From the NCBI GenBank assembly GCA_963676835.2, contig CAXXFF010000002.1, forward strand, positions 1,344,001-1,408,000: 64,000 bases of DNA, written 5' to 3'. Position 1 is the stretch's first letter. Each line of letters begins with the position of its first letter. The notes under the pieces were generated by a model. It saw only the letters and a list, made by a program, of their open reading frames with translations, made no database searches and was not told the DNA's origin. Positions 9,832 to 20,171 of this stretch are shown in pieces. The DNA is from Marispirochaeta sp. (GTDB lineage: Bacteria > Spirochaetota > Spirochaetia > JC444 > Marispirochaetaceae). The translations under genes were made by a program, and so were the position numbers.

Positions 9832-10828
9832 CTATGGTCCGGTATTGCTTCAAAATGTCTTGAATCTGCTCATAGAACTCCGGGGAGACGCTCTTTCCGA
9901 GCAGAAACTCAAGCCCCTTTGAGGCTTCACTCTGCCACAGCTTTTTATCTTCTTCCGATGCATGATGTATTACCAGACCATTATCTTGCATAATCTGAAT
10001 TGCGTCGGCTTCGAGTTGCAGTGTCTCATGAGTCAGCTTTTCCGTTTCTTCTCTGGCTATCCGGATCAGATCCTCCCGGTATTTGGCCGGAACCCTGTTC
10101 CATGTGCGGGTGGATATTACAATGCTTCCCAGGACCGGGCAGATAGGCAGGTCCAGCATGTTGTCGGCTATGCCGAAGATCTGATAGGCAGCAGCCCCCA
10201 CGGGAATTGTGTAGCATGCTTCAACCATTCCGCTGGAAAAAGCGGTAAGAATTTCATGAAAGGGTACCTGAACTATATCGTAGCCCAGATCCTTCCAGGC
10301 CTGTTCGTTGACCGGGTTCTCCTCCCCTCCGGCCATTTTGACTCGTTTCAACTCATCCGGACGGTAAACGGCTTCTCTGGTAAAGAAGTAGCTCCAACCA
10401 GCACTCGCCCAGGTAATAACCTTAAGGTTGTGATCCTCCATCTGTTCCATAAGCCGTGGTTCAAGATGCTCAAGAACATAGGCGAATTCAGCCTCATTCC
10501 GGAGTAGAAAGGGTACCGCAAGGGCCGTTATGTCCGGGACTACCCGCATCAGACCGATGCTGGAGAGGGCTGCCCCCTGCAGAGCATTGAAGTTCATTTT
10601 GCGGATCATATCCTGTTCCGCCCCGGCGATTCCTCCGGGGTATATCTTCATCTGGACCTCTCCCCCGGTGGCCTGCATCCATCCTGCGGCAATGGCCTTG
10701 AGGGTGTTGTCCCAGGGGGATCCGGCCGGTGTTGTGCTTCCCAGTTTAATAACCAGCGGTGCAGAAAAGAGTCCAATGGATAGAGATAGAAACAGAAGCC
10801 CGAATGAAGCTTTGCGGCGGATATTCAT
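9824..10828 (-). CDS. dctP: TRAP substrate-binding protein DctP (TatP-type)
   Basis: IKLGSTTPAGSPW, TGGEVQMKIYPGGIAG; signal peptide; adjacent to TatT. Confidence 0.85.
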   Translation of the reverse strand: MNIRRKASFGLLFLSLSIGLFSAPLVIKLGSTTPAGSPWDNTLKAIAAGWMQATGGEVQMKIYPGGIAGAEQDMIRKMNFNALQGAALSSIGLMRVVPDITALAVPFLLRNEAEFAYVLEHLEPRLMEQMEDHNLKVITWASAGWSYFFTREAVYRPDELKRVKMAGGEENPVNEQAWKDLGYDIVQVPFHEILTAFSSGMVEACYTIPVGAAAYQIFGIADNMLDLPICPVLGSIVISTRTWNRVPAKYREDLIRIAREETEKLTHETLQLEADAIQIMQDNGLVIHHASEEDKKLWQSEASKGLEFLLGKSVSPEFYEQIQDILKQYRTIDE

Positions 10829-11769
10829 GGCTGAACCTCCTCGGATTCCGGTAAAAAGAGAAAGAAGTCATCTATATGCTCCAGATACCATTGTGCTTTG
10901 TTCTGGACAATGATATTTACCAGGCGGTTTTCCGGTGCCTCATCGGGATCAATCTCCAGAGCCTGATGGAGAAGTTTTTTAAACTCTTCCGGATTCTGAT
11001 TTCGGATAGAGAGACTTGATGCAAGCGATACAAAGGGTGATGCGTTTCTTCCTTCCGATAATGAGACGGCCCTGTCGAAATGGTCTCGTGCTTTTGATTC
11101 CCATTTTCCCGAAGCATCAGGGGGCATTGAGGCATACAGAAGCAGATAGAACTCATCAATAGCGCCCTGGTTGAAGTCGGGATCAAGTTCCCGGGCCCGG
11201 GCCAATATGGCTGCCGGCTTTTCTGCCTCTATGGTAAGGGAAATCCGGAACACATCTATGGAGATTGCCGCATACCAGCCTGCTGCGGTCCAGTAGAGTG
11301 GGGGAACATCGTCTTTGGTCATTTTGTTCAGGAAGTCGGGATAAGTCTCATCTTCAAGTGCCCTGCTGAATCCAGGATAGACTGTATCCAGGGACCGTAT
11401 GCAGTAATCTCTTCCGCGGAGGTACATGTTCCGTGCCCTGTTCATCATCATCTGCTGCTGAAGATACTCTTCCTGGGGAAGCATGGATGCCGGGGTCTGT
11501 ATGAAGGCGTTGGCATACATGATAAAACCGCTTCCCGCCGTGAGGAGGAGCGCTGTGTGGTCCGGTGTGTTCTCCAGAAGACTTTCGTAGAGTTTCAGGG
11601 TAAAGGGAAGCGCGTCAGCTATAAGCTGGGGGTCGTTGTCTCCGGTAAAAACGGTGCTGCCCGTAGGGGTTGAAAGGGTGTCTGCAAGGCCTTCAACTGC
11701 CAGTTTCTGTACAGAGCAGGAAGTGAAAATGAGGATTAAAACAGGTAAGGCAAAGTATTTGATCTTCAT
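10825..11769 (-). CDS. tatT: TRAP transporter TatT component (TPR-like lipoprotein)
   Basis: Lipobox FTSC; DPQLIADALPFTLKLYESLL, YANAFI, ARNMYLRGRDY; upstream of dctP-dctQM. Confidence 0.85.
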   Translation of the reverse strand: MKIKYFALPVLILIFTSCSVQKLAVEGLADTLSTPTGSTVFTGDNDPQLIADALPFTLKLYESLLENTPDHTALLLTAGSGFIMYANAFIQTPASMLPQEEYLQQQMMMNRARNMYLRGRDYCIRSLDTVYPGFSRALEDETYPDFLNKMTKDDVPPLYWTAAGWYAAISIDVFRISLTIEAEKPAAILARARELDPDFNQGAIDEFYLLLYASMPPDASGKWESKARDHFDRAVSLSEGRNASPFVSLASSLSIRNQNPEEFKKLLHQALEIDPDEAPENRLVNIIVQNKAQWYLEHIDDFFLFLPESEEVQP

Positions 11770-11840
11770 TTACTGCCTTTCTCTGTTAAACTTAATCCTC
11801 CTGTTTTCTGTTGTCAAACAGTGGAGAGTGGAGCAGGTCT

Positions 11841-14800
11841 CTACAGCATTTCTTCGATGGCCTGAATGCGCTTGTCCAGCCGCTGGGGGCTTATTTTAAT
11901 CCTTGTTCCCAGCTCCTGGGCAAAGAGCTGCACTTTATACTCTTCCACTGCCCAGCGGTACTCTTTCAGTGCCGTTTTGCGGGCAAAGCTCTGTCCTCCG
12001 CTCTTCTTTGCATCATCCATGGCATCCTTGTACCAGACCAGGTAGGGTATAAGGCTTCCGGCCTTTTCTGCATCCGCAGCCGGATTTTCCGCGCCCCTCA
12101 TAATGCGGGTCTGCAGGGCTTTGAGAAAACGGGGAAGTTCCCGGATCTCATCTGCGCTGTAGCGTTGATAGTAGTCCCCGGGGATCAGGTTCTCCAGTTC
12201 TTTTCGCCGGGTGGAAAGGAAGCGCTTGAGCCCCGGACGGCGGCTCTCCTTCTCTTCGAGTCTGGCAAGGGTGGTCCGCACCTCGGTGTAGCATTCCAGA
12301 ACCCGGATGGCCGGGTGATACAGTTCTTTTACCGCAGTATAGAGCTCCGGCTTGATGGAGGCGGTGAACTGTTCATACTCCTCCCGGGTGCGAATATTTT
12401 GCTTGAATATGCGGGTGGTTATACATTCCCAAAGGCCCCGGTTGAAGGCATCCAGCCCGCCCAGGGGCAGAACCTTCATCTGGTCCTGCTTTGTCAGCAT
12501 AAATTCGTCCCTGAATGTTTTCAGAATATCCGCAAAGGAGCGGTATATCAGCCGGGCAAGGCCCTCCGGGTGCACTGCGGCGGCTTCATCGGCATTCAGA
12601 TAGAGCCGGAGGGCCACCCGCCCTTGTTCCGGAGTAAGAGCAGGAAAGGCCGGAAGCCCGTCGACACCCTCCACCCGTTCCGGTATCTCCTGAAAATCCC
12701 ATACGCGGATCTCCTCTATCTCCCAGGAATCCTTCAATTTTTCCAGGGAGCTTTCCAGATGCTTTGAAGGGCCGGTACTGGTGAGTACTTCACTGTCTCT
12801 GCCTTCGGTAAGCCTGCCGCCACGGGCATCCACAATGGTAAAACGCATCTTGAGGTGGGGAGGCAGGGAGTCTTCATCCCAGGCTGATTCCGGAATAAGC
12901 ATGCCGAACTCGCTGTTGATATACCTGCTTAAAGAGCTCGCCAGCCGTTCCGAGGTGGTCCGGGGCATATCCGCCGCGATTCTCGATGCTGTTTCCGCCA
13001 CCGGTGCCAGACGCCGGCGGAACTCTTTGGGCAGGGTCTTCATCATTGCTGTAAGTTTTTCTTCAAAAAGACCCGGTACCAGCCATTCAAAAACCGGGGT
13101 GGTCAAATCACGGCTGATTCTTTCGGGAATCAGGGCGGTTATACCGTCATCCGGTCTCTGGGGGTCGAAGACATATTCCAGCTGTATGCGGTGTCCGTTT
13201 ATCTCTGTTTCCGAGGGAAAGTGGGCAAGAACCTCTCCATCCGGGTTGTAGAGCATTATGTCGCCCCGGGTGAGTTCCAGCAGCTTCTGCCCTTTTTCCT
13301 GTTTATTAAGGAACAGTTCCAGGGATTTGAAGTCGAAAACCTCGGAAGGCAGCCGCTCCCGGTAGAAACGGAAGATTTCTTCATCGCCGCAGAAGATGTC
13401 TCTTCGCCTCAATTTCTCTTCCAGTCTCAGGACGCCCTGGATGGTATCCAGATTTCGTTTAAGTACCGGAAAGAGGCGGTGTATGCGGCGTTTGTCGTAG
13501 CGGCCGGGCATGATACCTTCCCGGATAAAGATATCCGAGGCCTCCACCGGCCGTATGGGTCCGTAGGGAACGGCTCTTCCTGCATCGATCAGCAGGCCGT
13601 AAAGCCGGACCTGCTCCACTGCACGGACTTCCATCTGTTTTTCCGCCCACTGGGCTCCATGATAGCTGTAGGTGCACTGCTGGGAAGCAATTCGTTCCAG
13701 CCAGCCGGGAAGAATCATGCCGCAGCCCCGGGCGTAGAGCCTGCTGGTGCGGACCATTTCCGCCGCAACCATCCAGGCGGGTCCTCTGCCGAAGAGCCCT
13801 GAGCCGGGGAAGATCATGGCTTCCCGGTTTTTCGCGGCGGTGTAGATATTCTTCTCTTTCTTCTCCGCTATATTGGAGAGCAGTCCTGTCAGAATGGACA
13901 CGTGCAGGGCTGTATACCAGGGAGAAGGCTCGCCTTTCTTGACTGGCTTCTGTGATGACTTTTCTGCTGTTTTCGGCAGAACCGGCTGCTTCAGCGAGTA
14001 TCCCTGCTCTTTGAGCAGGGAGGTGATCTGCAGGTGAATATCCCGCCACTCTTTCATGCGGCGGTAGCTCAGGTAGTTCTGCTTGCAGTATTTACGCATC
14101 TTGCCCTGGCTGCGGGTCTGGCGCCAGACATTGTGATACTCTTCCCAGATGTTCAGGGATGAGACAAAGTCGGAATCCTGGTCGAGATACTTTTCATGGA
14201 TCGAGTCAGCCTTGCTTTCCTCGTTCTGCGGACGTTCCCGGGGGTCCTGGATGGTCAGACCTGCCACAACAACTGCGGCATCCCGGAGAATATCCTGTTC
14301 TGCCGCCTCTATAAGCATGCGGGAAAAGCGTGGATCCAGGGGCAGACGGCTCATGAGCTGTCCATGGCGGGTCAGCTGGAGCTGGCCCCGGGTGGACTTT
14401 TTCAGGGCATCCAGTTCCCTCAGCATGCCGATACCGTCGTTCAGATGCCTGGTTGAGGGTTTATCGATAAAAGGGAACTTCTCAATATCTCCCAGGTTTA
14501 AGGAGACCATTCTGAGGATTATATCCGCCAGATTGTCCCGGAGTATCTCCGGTTTGGTAAACTCGTCCCTGCTTAAATAATCTTCCTCGGAATAGAGGCG
14601 GATGCACACTCCCGGGCGTACACGTCCGGCCCGGCCTTTACGCTGATCAGCGGATGAGCGGGCCACCGGCTGAATAGGCAGAGAGGTTGTGCGCGATGCG
14701 GGAGAATATGCGGAGATTCGGGCAAGGCCTGTATCTACAACATAGACGATGCCGGGTATGGTTATGGATGTTTCCGCCACGTTGGTGGCTACGACAACCT

Positions 14801-15833
14801 TCCGTCCCGGGCAGCTTGAGAAGATACGGCTCTGGGCGGCAGATGTGAGCCGGGCAAAGAGGGGAAGCACCGTAAGCGAGGGCAGAGAAGCGCGTTCAAT
14901 CAGTTCGCAGGTTTCCCGGATGTCCGCCTCGGTTGGCATGAATACCAGGATGTCGCCTTCTCTGCTGGTTCGGCAGATCTCTTCCACCGCCCCTGCTGCC
15001 TGTTCCACGTATGAGCCCTCTTCGCTGTTTCGCAGGGGATCGTCCCGGTAGATAATATCCACCGGATAGGTTCTTCCGGAAACTTCGAAGATAGGCGCAT
15101 TTCCGAAGGCCCGGGAAAATTTGGCTGTGTCGATTGTTGCTGAAGTTATTATCAGCTTCAGATCTCTACGCTTTTTCAGCAGGGTATTGAGATATCCAAG
15201 GATCAGATCGATATTAAGGCTGCGTTCGTGGGCTTCGTCAATAATCAGGGTGTCGTAACGGTTCAGGAAGCGGTCTCCCTGAGTTTCCGCCAGGAGTATC
15301 CCGTCGGTCATGAACTTTATGTAGGCGGCGCTGCTGCCCTTTTCCTGAAAGCGGATCTTGCTTGCCACCAGGCTGGTTTCGCCGCTGCCGGTATCTCCCA
15401 GTTCTTCGGCAACCCTGGAGGCAAGGCTGACGGCGGCTATCCGGCGGGGCTGGGTACAGCCTATCTGTCCGTCTACTCCGCGGCCTGCTTCGAGGCACAT
15501 CTTGGGAATCTGGGTGGATTTTCCCGAGCCGGTCTCCCCTGCCAGGATAATAACCTGGTTTTCTTTAATGGCCTGTACTATTTCATCCTTTCTGGAGGTG
15601 ATGGGGAGCTCTTCCGGGTAGCTCGGCACCGGGAGTTTTTCAAGGCGTATTCGGCGGAGTTCCACCGATTCGGCAATCTTTACCCCTGCTTCGGCGATCC
15701 TGCTTTCGTTGTTTTTGCAGGATTCCAGCTCCCTCCGCAGCCGGTGCCGGTCGGCTGCCATTGCATGATTCAGGAGAGAGCGCAGCTGCTGTATTGTTTG
15801 AGCCGGTTTATCCGGGGTACCTGTCTCTGTCAT
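11841..15833 (-). CDS. hrpA: ATP-dependent RNA helicase HrpA
   Basis: GETGSGKSTQIPK, TQPRRIAA, DEAHERS, SAT, QRKGRAGR; C-terminal EEYKVQLFAQELGT. Confidence 0.95.
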   Translation of the reverse strand: MTETGTPDKPAQTIQQLRSLLNHAMAADRHRLRRELESCKNNESRIAEAGVKIAESVELRRIRLEKLPVPSYPEELPITSRKDEIVQAIKENQVIILAGETGSGKSTQIPKMCLEAGRGVDGQIGCTQPRRIAAVSLASRVAEELGDTGSGETSLVASKIRFQEKGSSAAYIKFMTDGILLAETQGDRFLNRYDTLIIDEAHERSLNIDLILGYLNTLLKKRRDLKLIITSATIDTAKFSRAFGNAPIFEVSGRTYPVDIIYRDDPLRNSEEGSYVEQAAGAVEEICRTSREGDILVFMPTEADIRETCELIERASLPSLTVLPLFARLTSAAQSRIFSSCPGRKVVVATNVAETSITIPGIVYVVDTGLARISAYSPASRTTSLPIQPVARSSADQRKGRAGRVRPGVCIRLYSEEDYLSRDEFTKPEILRDNLADIILRMVSLNLGDIEKFPFIDKPSTRHLNDGIGMLRELDALKKSTRGQLQLTRHGQLMSRLPLDPRFSRMLIEAAEQDILRDAAVVVAGLTIQDPRERPQNEESKADSIHEKYLDQDSDFVSSLNIWEEYHNVWRQTRSQGKMRKYCKQNYLSYRRMKEWRDIHLQITSLLKEQGYSLKQPVLPKTAEKSSQKPVKKGEPSPWYTALHVSILTGLLSNIAEKKEKNIYTAAKNREAMIFPGSGLFGRGPAWMVAAEMVRTSRLYARGCGMILPGWLERIASQQCTYSYHGAQWAEKQMEVRAVEQVRLYGLLIDAGRAVPYGPIRPVEASDIFIREGIMPGRYDKRRIHRLFPVLKRNLDTIQGVLRLEEKLRRRDIFCGDEEIFRFYRERLPSEVFDFKSLELFLNKQEKGQKLLELTRGDIMLYNPDGEVLAHFPSETEINGHRIQLEYVFDPQRPDDGITALIPERISRDLTTPVFEWLVPGLFEEKLTAMMKTLPKEFRRRLAPVAETASRIAADMPRTTSERLASSLSRYINSEFGMLIPESAWDEDSLPPHLKMRFTIVDARGGRLTEGRDSEVLTSTGPSKHLESSLEKLKDSWEIEEIRVWDFQEIPERVEGVDGLPAFPALTPEQGRVALRLYLNADEAAAVHPEGLARLIYRSFADILKTFRDEFMLTKQDQMKVLPLGGLDAFNRGLWECITTRIFKQNIRTREEYEQFTASIKPELYTAVKELYHPAIRVLECYTEVRTTLARLEEKESRRPGLKRFLSTRRKELENLIPGDYYQRYSADEIRELPRFLKALQTRIMRGAENPAADAEKAGSLIPYLVWYKDAMDDAKKSGGQSFARKTALKEYRWAVEEYKVQLFAQELGTRIKISPQRLDKRIQAIEEML

Positions 15834-15886
15834 GGATGATCTACTAGAACAGCTTATGCAGGGCGGGTCAAGAGCCGCTGCCCGCT

Positions 15887-17146
15887 TCAGCGGGCATCAA
15901 GAACCGTCGGAGGACGATGCTGCCGGGGTTCTTTTACGGTAAGAAAAATTCCAAGGCTGACGGCCGATGCGGCAAGACAGGTCCAGAACAGGATTCTCAA
16001 ACCATAAATTTCAGAAAGCACTCCCAGGGGGATAATTACCAGGGAAGATATACCCACGACAAAACCCACAATACTGATATAGAGGGGGATCTCATGATCC
16101 TGTCCGAACTCCACCACTATGGCAGAATGGGAGACGTTATTGATACACAGGGTCAGGGCTCCCATGACTATGGCAACAAGGCCGGGAATATAGCTGTCGG
16201 TAAAGAGTACTGCCGCATTGCCTGCTATAAGGGCCACCGAGCTTATTACATGATTGATCAGATGGCCCCAGCGGTCTGCAAGAATCCCCAGAACAGGATT
16301 GGCCAGGATAAAGGTTGCGGCGGTCACAATGGTAAAAAGCCCTGCCTGGCTTTCGTGAAGAGAGTACCTGCGGATAAGGTGAAAAGCAAAATAGGAGTAG
16401 CTGGTAAAAGCCAGGGTTACAAAGACCCTGCCCCAGACATAGCGGCGGAAATCCTTGTCATTTTTCAGTATGCCCATAAGATGCATGAAGAATTCCCCGA
16501 AGGGTTCACTGGAAAACCGTATTCTCCGGCTCGGTGGTTCTTTATAGGCTCCCAGAGTGGGCAGATAGAACATCAGAAGAACAAAGCCGATGACCATGAG
16601 TACCGGAAAGTTTGCCGGAAAAGGGACTGCCTTGAGAATCCAGCTGATAAGCCCGCCGCAGAGGAGCCCGATGAGATAGCTTCCCAGGTTTCTCAGGGCA
16701 AAGAGCCTTCCTCTCAGGTCTCTGGGGATGGTTTTTACGGTCATGTCAAAAAAGGCGGATATGGCAAGTCCTGTGCCCGCCTGGGTTATAAACAGGGCGG
16801 TCATAAGATAGAAGATTACCAGGTTGGGGCGGGTACGGCCCATTGAATAGCCTATCAGCGCTGCGATAAGCCAGGGGATACGCTGGAAAAGTCCCATAAC
16901 AAGAATGTAGGGCTTTTTAAAGCGCATACTCTGAATGTAGCGGGCTACAAAGAGGGAGGGGAAGTACATGCCCAGATTTCTCAGTACCGGAATCAATGCA
17001 ATAACAAAAGCACCGCCGCCGAGCTTCTCTATGTAGACGGGCAGTATGCTTTCGGGAGAGATAAAGATCATACCGGCAAAATAGGATATGCCGTCCAGAG
17101 TGTTGAGGAGAAAGTTTCGTTTAAGATACCGTGACTGGATATCCAT
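15887..17146 (-). CDS. MFS transporter
   Basis: About 12 hydrophobic segments; GILADRWG motif. Confidence 0.8.
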   Translation of the reverse strand: MDIQSRYLKRNFLLNTLDGISYFAGMIFISPESILPVYIEKLGGGAFVIALIPVLRNLGMYFPSLFVARYIQSMRFKKPYILVMGLFQRIPWLIAALIGYSMGRTRPNLVIFYLMTALFITQAGTGLAISAFFDMTVKTIPRDLRGRLFALRNLGSYLIGLLCGGLISWILKAVPFPANFPVLMVIGFVLLMFYLPTLGAYKEPPSRRIRFSSEPFGEFFMHLMGILKNDKDFRRYVWGRVFVTLAFTSYSYFAFHLIRRYSLHESQAGLFTIVTAATFILANPVLGILADRWGHLINHVISSVALIAGNAAVLFTDSYIPGLVAIVMGALTLCINNVSHSAIVVEFGQDHEIPLYISIVGFVVGISSLVIIPLGVLSEIYGLRILFWTCLAASAVSLGIFLTVKEPRQHRPPTVLDAR

Positions 17147-17255
17147 TCTATGTTCCCGGATCGCCTTTCAGTGGGGTGTTGAACATCATTGTAGCAGGAA
17201 GGACTCTCCTGTGAATAGTTCATCTGACGAAGGAAAACCATGGTAAAATCATTGT

Positions 17256-18143
17256 ATGAAGAGTCTTGCCTTTGGAGAAATTCTCTGGGATCAGTTTGAC
17301 AGCTACCGTCATATCGGCGGCGCTGCTTTTAATTTTGCCGCCCATCTTGCCAGGCTGGGAGCAGAATCCCGGCTGGTCAGCTGTCTGGGCAGTGATGACT
17401 CCGGAACTGAAGCCTTAAAGATCATGGACTCCTACGGGGTTGGGCGGGAGTATATGAAAATATCCGACCGTTTCCCCACGGGTACAGTTTCGGTGCTGCT
17501 GGAGGACGGTCAGCCGACGTATACCATTCACGAAAACAGCGCCTGGGATAATATTGCTCTTGGTTCTGCTGATCTTGCGGTATTGTCGGAAAATCCGTGG
17601 GACATTCTCTATTTTGGAACCCTTGCTCAGAGGAGCAGCTTAAACAGAATTACTCTTCAGAAAATCATGGAATCCATACAGACGGAACATATCTTCTTCG
17701 ATGTGAATATCCGGCAGAACTACTATTCCCGGGAGATTCTGATGGATTCTCTTAACTGGGCCACCATTGTCAAGCTGAACGAAGAAGAGGCCGGGAAGAT
17801 AGGGGGGCTGCTGGAGCTTCAGTTTTCTGATGAAGAGTCTCTGGGAGCCCGGCTTGCAGAAATGTTCAATCTGAATGTGCTGATTATAACCCGGGGAAAA
17901 GAAGGAGCAAGGATCTTTTCTTCGGGAAAGACTGCTCTGGTTGCTTCCGAACCGGTTGAACTGGCAGATGCTGTGGGTGCGGGGGACAGTTTTTCCGCGG
18001 CTTTTATGTATGCATATGTAAAAGGCTGTGATGCCTTTGATGCCGGACGATATGGGGCTCTCCTTGGGTCTTTTGTGGCATCTTCCCGGGGGGCGGTTCC
18101 GGAGTATTCCGACACTATCCGGGCTCTTTTTCGGGGTCTTTAG
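17256..18143 (+). CDS. PfkB-family carbohydrate kinase (fructokinase-like)
   Basis: FGEILWD, GGAAFNFA, DVNIR, KLNEEE, DAVGAGDSF. Confidence 0.9.
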   Translation: MKSLAFGEILWDQFDSYRHIGGAAFNFAAHLARLGAESRLVSCLGSDDSGTEALKIMDSYGVGREYMKISDRFPTGTVSVLLEDGQPTYTIHENSAWDNIALGSADLAVLSENPWDILYFGTLAQRSSLNRITLQKIMESIQTEHIFFDVNIRQNYYSREILMDSLNWATIVKLNEEEAGKIGGLLELQFSDEESLGARLAEMFNLNVLIITRGKEGARIFSSGKTALVASEPVELADAVGAGDSFSAAFMYAYVKGCDAFDAGRYGALLGSFVASSRGAVPEYSDTIRALFRGL

Positions 18144-18277
18144 CCTGGTTTCCCGTATATCCACTTTTTGCTGTTTATTTTTCTTCGTGATTCTTTGATC
18201 TCTTTTTCCCTCTGACCATAAAACTTTCTTTCATCTTTCAGCTAAAACGTATAGGCTGTTTCCGGGTCTTCCCTGCA

Positions 18278-18763
18278 ATGAATCTTATGTTCCGGAGCTT
18301 GGCGATGAATCTTCAATCATACATAAAGAATAATATCCCTGTTTTTACTGCAAACAAACTTTCAATCATTGAAGATCCATCGGGTATTGTTAAAGTTACC
18401 GGACGGTATCAGGATCATTACAACCATAAAAAAACGGTTTTCGGGGGTACTATAAGCACCTCCCTTATGATCAGCGGCTGGTGTCAGGCAATGCTTATTG
18501 TAAGCCGCCATTTCAATACACCCTATGGAGAATCCGCCGGTTTTGTTGTAAAGCATCAGGAAGTGGATTATCTGCGTCCGGTACGTACCGACTTTGAGGC
18601 TTGTTCCATTCTTCCTGCCGAAGACGATATTCAGCGCTTTTTTTCGGAGCTTGAAACGGCGGGGAAGGGGCGGCTGATTCTCTGTTCCTCAATGTTTGAG
18701 TGCGGCGGCACGGAAGTGAAGGCCCGTTTCAGCGGCGAGTTTGTTGCTTTTGCCGACATCTGA
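18278..18763 (+). CDS. YiiD C-terminal-like hot-dog thioesterase domain protein
   Basis: NHKKTVFGGTI...SGW, VDYLRPV, FSGEFVA; start may be the second Met. Confidence 0.7.
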   Translation: MNLMFRSLAMNLQSYIKNNIPVFTANKLSIIEDPSGIVKVTGRYQDHYNHKKTVFGGTISTSLMISGWCQAMLIVSRHFNTPYGESAGFVVKHQEVDYLRPVRTDFEACSILPAEDDIQRFFSELETAGKGRLILCSSMFECGGTEVKARFSGEFVAFADI

Positions 18764-18891
18764 TTTCAGTTTTTCCTCCTGAAACAAGCTGTTTTTTTTC
18801 TCTTTATTTTTATCTTCTTTTGGTAGAACTATCTCTGCTGTAATTGCTAAAATAGAGATAATTGGATTAATTGTTGGACCAAAAAGCGCAA

Positions 18892-18913
18892 ATAATATAT
18901 TGCAATATATTAT
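18892..18913. promoter_or_regulatory. Perfect 22-bp palindrome, candidate operator for the TRAP cluster regulator
   Basis: ATAATATATTGCAATATATTAT is its own reverse complement; in AT-rich region upstream of dehydrogenase-TRAP-gntR. Confidence 0.55.
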
Positions 18914-19088
18914 AGTCGTTAAAAGTGGGTAAAAATCAAAAAATATGCCGGATATTATAGAAAAAATTTGACAATAAAATATTATGACCCTACAATGGCC
19001 CTAAATAAAACATTTTACGGATTATCTGTTTTATCTTGGCTGGATCGGCTGATGTAAAGAATCCGGAAGTTGTTACGGGATTTACTGA

Positions 19089-20114
19089 ATGAAAGCACTG
19101 AAATTTGTTGAAACAAGAAAAGGCGAATATGTAACAGCCGAAAAACCTCAATGCGGGGATAAGCAGGTTCTTATCGAGGTAAAGGTAGCGGGGATCTGTC
19201 ACAGTGACATTATGTCCTATGAGGGCAAGCATCCCTGGCGGATTCCTCCGGTTATAACCGGCCATGAATTCAGTGGTGTGATTGTTGAGGCTGGTCAAAA
19301 TGTTCAGGATTTTTCAGTTGGTGACCGGGTTGTTGTTGAGCCGCATATAGGCTGCGGTGAGTGTGAGTACTGCAGGAAGGGTGTATATAACCTGTGCAAC
19401 ACCAAGCGTTTTATCGGGGTCGGGGATTGGTCCGGCTGTTTTGGCGAGTATGTAATTGCTGAACCCTCCATGTGTCTGAAGATGCCCGGTGGTATGAGCT
19501 TTGAAGAGGCTGCTGCACTGGAGCCTTACTGTGTTGGTGAGCATGCTGTGGATCTTGCCGGCAGCGGGGCCGGGGAGTCTGCCCTCATTATCGGCGGCGG
19601 CACAATAGGGCTGATGACCTTATTGAGTCTGAAAAACCGCGGGGTTGAGAAAGTTTATGTTTCTGATATCTCAGCGGAAAAACGGGAGTATGCTCTAAAG
19701 GCAGGAGCTGCCGGAACGGTAGATCCCATGACGGAAGATCTTTTTGATAAGATGATGGCGGATACAGAAGGCGCAGGGGTGGATAATGTGTTTATCTGTG
19801 TGCCGGTTCCCCCTGTTCTTAATCAGTCCCTTTCGGTGGCAAAGAAAAAAGGCAAGGTTGTTGTCATTGCCGTTTTTGGAAACCCTGTAGAGATAGATGT
19901 AAAAAATGTTCAGGTAGGAGAAAGATCCGTTCTCGGCAGTAATATGTACACTATCCGGGATTACCGGAATGCCCTGGCGGATTATGAGGCTGGAAAGCTG
20001 AACCTCGGAAGTATGATCACAAAAACTATTGGCTTCGACGAACTGAACGGTGTTATTGCTCGCCTCTCTGACGGGGAACTTCAGAATGAGATAAAGATAC
20101 AGGTTGTGTTTTAG
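19089..20114 (+). CDS. Zn-dependent alcohol/sugar-acid dehydrogenase (MDR family)
   Basis: GICHSD, GHEFSG, CGECEYC..G.YNLC, GGGTIG. Confidence 0.9.
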   Translation: MKALKFVETRKGEYVTAEKPQCGDKQVLIEVKVAGICHSDIMSYEGKHPWRIPPVITGHEFSGVIVEAGQNVQDFSVGDRVVVEPHIGCGECEYCRKGVYNLCNTKRFIGVGDWSGCFGEYVIAEPSMCLKMPGGMSFEEAAALEPYCVGEHAVDLAGSGAGESALIIGGGTIGLMTLLSLKNRGVEKVYVSDISAEKREYALKAGAAGTVDPMTEDLFDKMMADTEGAGVDNVFICVPVPPVLNQSLSVAKKKGKVVVIAVFGNPVEIDVKNVQVGERSVLGSNMYTIRDYRNALADYEAGKLNLGSMITKTIGFDELNGVIARLSDGELQNEIKIQVVF

Positions 20115-20171
20115 GACCCCCTGAGGGGTCTATTTATATTGTTTGCGTTTCTTAAAACAAGGAGGACTATT

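Noticed and set aside
11811..12767. 318-aa + strand ORF and similar long antisense ORFs (e.g. 15917-16846, 27709-28542, 30712-31533, 35599-36393, 62719-63666)
   Set aside because: They are shadows opposite well-supported genes and have no recognisable motifs.
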